NCBI GenBank assembly: GCA_012295275.1
Contig: CM022676.1
Span: 1,922,001-1,986,000, forward strand
Reading direction: 5' to 3'
Source: Chrysomallon squamiferum
Taxonomy: Eukaryota > Animalia > Mollusca
Length of the DNA: 64,000 nt
Positions within the stretch are counted from its first letter, which is position 1; each line of letters begins with the position of its first letter. The position numbers were made by a program, and so were the translations under genes. A model generated the notes under the pieces. That model was not told the origin of the DNA, searched no databases, and worked only from the letters and a program-made list of their open reading frames with translations. Positions 57,828 through 64,000 of this stretch are shown piece after piece.

Positions 57828-58364
57828 AAGACTTGTCTGTTGTTTGTTCTTGATGTTCTCTTCACGGTGATTTTCAACGGCTCTCTCATTGTTGTCGTTT
57901 GGCGTGGTTACTGGGAATTAATGAACATCTACGTCTTCCCCGACAACGCCATTCAGAGCGCTTGCTGCTCGTTAAACATCGCCTACGGCCTCGTTTCACT
58001 GCTTCTGATAACAACGGCGCCGATGAAGATAATCTCAAGGAAACTGGAAGAAAAGGCTTTCATTGCCAAAGTAATTTTCGAAGATTTTCTTTCCTTTCTG
58101 AAAAGTTTGGTGGCTATTTGCCAGTGGCGTGGATTCTGGATTTTTCTCGACGAACTGGTTTTCCCGTCCAACCAGGAGCTCAGTAGATGGTTGACTCATT
58201 CTGTAGGAACAGTTGTCCTGGTTGTTATGTGTTCCTTCAATTCTGTTCTAGCACGTGGTTGTGTGTTGGACGGGTGGGAAGGTGACGGTGAAGGTGTAAA
58301 AATGGATATTTCCTATACAACTGCAATATCAGAAATGTTCAGACGTAAACATTCCTCATCAGAA
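57828..58364 (+). CDS. Fuseless-family protein, copy B, coding exon 2
   Basis: gtttcag|AAG ... GAA|gtatgt, WRG motifs retained. Paralog of 12198-12734. Confidence 0.85.
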
Positions 58365-58365
58365 G

Positions 58366-58447
<82 letters not shown>

Positions 58448-58489
58448 TCTCTATCTAAGGCTTATTTTAGAGGTCCTGTGTCTCTGTAT

Positions 58490-61012
58490 TTATGTGTCTC
58501 TCTTTCTGTCTATTTGAGTGTAATTCTATTTCTGTGTCTCTTTAATTTCTGTCTCTATTTCAGAGTATTTCTATTTCTGTCTATTTGAGTGTAATTCTAT
58601 TTGTGTGTCTCTTTAATTTCTGTCTCTATTTCAGAGTATTTCTATTTCTGTCAATTTGAATTTAATTCTATTTGTGTCTGTCTCTCAGTGTGTTTCTATT
58701 TCTATTTCTATTTCAGAGTATTTCTATTTTCGTCTCTGTGTCAGTGTATTTCAGTTTCTGTCTCTATTTCAGTGTAATTCTATTTCTGTTTCTGTCTCAG
58801 TATATTTCTACTTCGGTCTCTATTTCAGTGTATTTGTAATCTGTCTCTGTTTCAGAGTATTTGTATTTCCGTCTGTATTTCAATGTATCTATTTCTGTCT
58901 TTGTTTCAGTGTATTTATATTTTTGTCTCCGTTTCAGTAAATATACATATTTTCGTCTCTATTTCAGTGTATTTATATTTCTCTCTCTGTTTCAGTGTAT
59001 CTCAATTTCTGTCTTTGTCTCAGAGTATTTCTGTTTCTGTCTCTATTTAATGTATCTGTGTTTCCGTCTCTATTTATGTGTATTTCTATTTCTGTCCCTA
59101 TTTAGTGTATTTCAATTTCTGTCTCTGTTTCAGTCAGTATATTTCTGTTTCTGTCTGTGTTTCAGTGTATTTACATATTTTTCTGTCTGTTTCTGTGTAT
59201 TTCTGTTTCTGTCCCTATTTCTGTGTATTCATCTCTCTGTCTCTAGTTAGTTTATGTCTATGTCTGTGTATTCCTGTTTCTGTCTGTATATCAGTATATT
59301 TCTATTTCTGCTTCTGTTTCAGTACATTTCTGTTTCTGTCTCTGTTTCAATGTATTTCTATTTCCGGCTCTATTTCAGAGTATTTCTATTTCTGTCTCAT
59401 ATTTCTCTGTGTATTTCAGTGTATTCCTATTCTGTCTCTATTTAGTGTATTTTAATTTATGTCCCAGTATTTCAGTGTATTTCCATTTCTGTCTCTGTCT
59501 CCATTCTAGTATATTCCTGTTTCTGTTTCTATTTCAGTGTCATTGTACTTCAGTTTCTATTTTAGTGTTTTTCTAATTCTATCTCAGTTTCAGTTTATTT
59601 ATATTTCTTTCTCTGTTCCCTGTTATTTTTATTTCTGTCTCTGTTTCAATGAATCTCTATTTCTGTCCCTATTTAGTGTATTTATATTTATGTCTCTTTT
59701 CAGTTTATTTCTAGTTCTGTCTCTGTTTCAGTGTATTCCAGTTTCTGTCTCTATTTCAGTGTATTTCTATTTCTGTCTCCATTTCAGTATATTTCTTTTT
59801 CTGTTTCTGTTTTAATTTCTGTCATTTTGTATTTCATTTTTCTATTTTAGTGTTTTTCTAATTCTGTCTCTGTTTCAGTGTATTTATTTCTGTCTCTTTT
59901 GTATTCCATTTCTGTGTGTATTTTGTGTATTTCTTTTTCTGTCTCTGTTTCAGTGTATTTCTATTTTTCAGGTTCTCCTATTTAGTGTATTTTATTTTAT
60001 TTCTGTCTCTGTTTCAGTGTATTCCCGTTTTGTCTCTATTTCAGTGTATTCCTATTTCTGTCTCATTTGTATTTCTGTCTCTGTTTCAATTTTAATTTCT
60101 ATTTCTGTCCCTATTTAGTGTATTTTTGTTTCTGTCTCTATTTCTGTGTATTTCAGTTTCTGTATCTATTTCAGTGTTTTTTCTATTTCTGTCTCTGTTT
60201 CTGTATATTTTATTTATGTCTCTGTTTCAGTGTATTTCTGTTTCTGTCTCTATTTCAGTGTATTTTAATTTTCTCTCTATTTCAGTTCATTTCTGTTTCA
60301 TTATATTTCTATTTCCGTGTCTATTTCAGTGTATTTTTGTTTCCGTCTCTATTTCAGTGTATTTCTCTTTCTTCTCTCTATTTCAGTATATTTCTGTTTC
60401 TGCTCCTGTTTCAGTACATTTGTTTTTCAGTGTATTTCGTATTTGTCTCTGTTTCACTGTATTTGTATTTCTGTGTCGGTTTTAGTGAATTTCTATTTCC
60501 GACTTATTTCAGTCTATTTCTATTTCTGTCTCTATTTTAGTGTGTTTCTATTTCTGTCTCTGTTTCAGTGTTTTTATATTTCTGTCTTTGTTTAAGTGTA
60601 TTTGCATATTTCTGTCTTTATTTCAGTGTATTTCTATATCTGTCTCTGTTTCTGTATCTCCTGTTTCCAGTCTCTATTTTGTGTATTGCAGTTTCTGTCT
60701 TTGTTTCAGTGTATTTCTATTTCTGTCTCTGTTTCAGTGTATTTCCTGTTTTTCTGTCTCTATGTCTATGTATTCTTGTTTCTGTCTGTATTTCAGTATA
60801 TTTCTGTTTCTTCTTCTTTTCAGTACCTTTCTGTCTATGTTTCAGTGTATTTCTATTTCTGTCTCTATTTTTGTGTATTCGTGTTTTTGTCTCTGTTCCA
60901 GTGGATTTCTAATTCTGTGTGTTTCGGTGTATTTCTCTTTCTCTCTCTGTTTTTGTCTGTGTTTCTGTGTATTTCTATTTCTGTGTTTGTTTCAGTATAT
61001 TTCTATTTCCAT
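58490..61012. repeat. Degenerate ~28-bp intronic tandem repeat (paralog of 12900-15472)
   Basis: Same TCTCTRTTTCAGTGTATTTCTATTTCTG consensus. Confidence 0.9.
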
Positions 61013-61488
61013 GTATCGTCAGAATCATAATTAAACACATAAGTATAGCGATATGCCGTTCATCGGAACTCGGTTAGAATGGGAAATAGCCTCCTTATGG
61101 AAGACAGTCATAAAAATAAGAACAACCACATATGTCATAAAATTATAAATTCATCTGCATGTAGATTCGATTAGTGTTTCGAAATTCGATCGATTTAGTT
61201 TGTTTTGGGACTAAAATTCTTTATTTTTTAGGCGCTAATTCAGCAACTTGCCTAAGATTTATTAAAGCAGCTTTATTTTTCTCTAAACTTTCCACAAACA
61301 GTATGACCTTGGCAGAAGATTCATATCACTAATGCTTGAATATAAAAAAATTCGTTATGAATGATAATCGTCAGAAATTAAAACTGTTAAAAACAAGTAT
61401 CTGATTTCTAATATCTATGGTTTATTATAATAATATAGTAATAATAGCGTAGTTTAATAATAACGGATTCACACAACATTTTTTGCAG

Positions 61489-61552
61489 GTATCACAAGAA
61501 AGCAGTACAGAGACGAGAGACACCAAGGGACAGAGTGGCGGTAGTAGTAGTT

Positions 61553-61589
<37 letters not shown>

Positions 61590-61608
61590 ATGTGACGAAA
61601 CAAAGTAA
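61489..61608 (+). CDS. Fuseless-family protein, copy B, terminal exon (VSQESSTETRD...SRCDETK*), total 384 aa
   Basis: tttgcag|GTA phase 0, TAA at 61606-61608. Confidence 0.65.
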
Positions 61609-62029
61609 TTCTTAAAACCAGCAGAGGCCTTTCTGAAGTGTTTCATGTTTTTTCATTTAAGGTAATCGCTGGTTGCCTTATTTGGGCCTCGCTTTTATTA
61701 GCCAAAACGCTTTCATAGCTAGATATCACGAAATTGTTAAGTGATTGCTTAAATTTAATTTTCGGTTGCCTTATTTGGGCCTCCTTTTGGTGGATATATC
61801 TACGTTTATTATTTTCATTCCTTGTTTTTATTTATTTATATGTTTTGATTACATTTACCTACCTTTTCTTAGGAAAAATATGTCTATATGAAACTTATCT
61901 ATACCTATATATGCAAACCTTGCTGAGTATATTATAATAGTAACACAGACAATTAAAGTAACTAAAATTACTTATCCACAAAATATCCTTCTTATTGTTG
62001 TGATTTTATAATCTTTTTAATAATTTTGG

Positions 62030-62672
62030 CTTATTTTCTGAAGAGATATTACGATAACAAACTTGCCTGGAAAGGTATCGGAAAGTTTCACTGCTTCAGA
62101 TACTTCGATGACGTCCGCGCTATGTTTATATCTAGTAGACATTATCTATCTATCTATCTATCTTTATCTATAGAAATATACATACACACATTTATAATTT
62201 ATATATGTATATGTCTGTCTGTGTGTCTGTCTGTCTCTCTGCGTAACATGAGGTGTAAGAAAGGTTTGGGGATGTTATTTGCTTGTTCACCAACCATTAC
62301 ATTTTGTAACTTAAGCTTTCTGTATAAACTGTCGTATATACACGCACTTTATTCTGAAAGGGAAAATACAATAAACTGTGAAATACTTTTTATCACAGTA
62401 CATAATGTTGTCCCCTACTGTGAGTGGGTCTTGAGCACTGTGCTTTTGTTAGAAAAATACCAAGAGATAAGAATTGTGAGAAAAAGTAATTATAGATGGG
62501 TAAACTGTGTGAAAGATCGAGAAATGTTGAGTTTGAAAAGGTCGAAAACGACGATATATGGACTAGAATATCACTGAGTTTGCTAAACTGTTATAAAGAT
62601 ACTGAATCTAGGTGAAGAATGCAACTATGTGTGTTAACATATCATAAAGATATTTAATTTAAAAGGACTTTA

Positions 62673-62747
<75 letters not shown>

Positions 62748-63879
62748 TAATATTAATAATAATAACAATAACAATAACAATAATAATAGGAATATTGTTA
62801 CCATTACTAATACTATTTTTACGACTAGTACAACTAATAACAAGAACAAAAACACTAAATAAATAAATAAATACATAAATAAATAAACAAATAAATAAAT
62901 ATCAGTTGTTTTATTTTTGAAAGAACACCAGTCGCTTTTAAAATCAGAGCTCGCAGAAAACAACAAATACTTGATGAAAACATTTTATTTTTTATTTTTG
63001 TGTCAAAATGTGAAGAAAGATCTCCGAAATTCAGTCTGTTTATTGTCGCAAACACTGCACAGACAATGATGAAACAGTTTGTTATCAAGTTTAGGGTTCT
63101 TAAATAACCAAAAAATAAAAATAAAATAAAATTGAAATCAAAAGGATTTTTTGTTTTTTTTGAGAAAATCGACTGACATAAGCACAATCATTAATTCAGA
63201 ATATAAAATATATTTTAAAAATGAACTAGTAATGTGACAGATGTGAGTATATATTACTTATTTATAATTTAATTATAGTCTGAGTTAAACTTTAACCTCT
63301 CGTACTTGAGCAGGGTCAAAAACTTCCAACTGTCCTAAATGAATACATTCTTAACTGATTGTCCTGCGCGGTGATCACGTGTTCAAGTCCAATGTCAGGT
63401 GACAGTCTCTGGTATGCAGTTTTAACCAATCGCAGTCTCTGTCTGTAATGCCGTTGACGAACATAATTATACAAAGCGTGTCTCGCATTGGCTAAACTCA
63501 TCACACGCCCAGCATTGAGAACAGATTCCTTCATAAAATCAGAATTCAACGAATAGACGTCGTATCTATAAATACACTCCCAAGGCTGGCCTGAATCTAG
63601 GTCGCACGGAACGGTCGTGCAGTTGTTCTGTGACTCTTCCACGTGGACACCTGCCAGGACGTTGACGTTGTTTTCCAGCGTCACGACGACTGATTTGTAG
63701 TGTTTTTCTTTTACCTGCAGCTGCCTCAGTTTACGTCCTAAAAGCTGCATGTTAAGATTGTACATGTACTCCACGTTTTTCACGGGATGAAAAGTCAGCG
63801 ACTGGAGATTTAGCTGATTCAAATGATTAGTCCACTGTCCTGTCTTGTCGTGGTAATTTTGATGAAACAAATGGCCAAA
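62030..63879 (-). pseudogene. CHSY-like chondroitin synthase gene, copy B, probably pseudogenic (5' exons beyond the window)
   Basis: ttacag| exon from 63879 reads FGHLFHQNY...LTFHPVKNVEYMYNLNMQLLGRKLRQL, aligning by eye to CHSY1 QLFYENY...ITLHPNKNPPYQYRLHSYMLSRKISEL. It has a +1 nt frameshift near 63329 relative to copy A, and downstream exon-like segments are truncated or contain stops. Confidence 0.72.
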
Positions 63880-64000
63880 CTGTAACAAATAATAATAATA
63901 ATAATAATAAATAATAATAATAATAATAATAATAAAATCATTATTAATAATAATAATAATAATTATAATATTAATAATATCAATAAAGATGATATTGATA

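Overview
AT-rich, microsatellite-dense animal genomic DNA with spliceosomal introns. It is probably an invertebrate, and a lophotrochozoan such as a mollusc is my inference. The window holds two diverged tandem copies of one block: a secreted Cys-rich modular gene (+), a variable spacer, a fuseless-family membrane gene (+), and a decayed chondroitin-synthase (CHSY)-like gene (-). Copy A runs from 1 to about 22,800 with its 5' part outside the window, and copy B from about 27,250 to 64,000. The main discovery is the Cys-rich gene, which the ORF track mostly misses. In copy B it splices by hand into 14 coding exons (738 aa, signal peptide, all 13 introns phase 1, one Cys module per exon). Copy A carries a different set of modules. 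The last Cys of one exon and the second Cys of the next exon are gained and lost together. Copy-specific insertions are a 5'-truncated RNase H-bearing LINE (A), an intact pogo DD35D transposon (B), a BTB-BACK-PHR pseudogene (B) and a decayed Tc1 element (B). Most long ORFs in the track are artefacts of simple repeats. All splicing models and alignments were made by eye and no database search was run.
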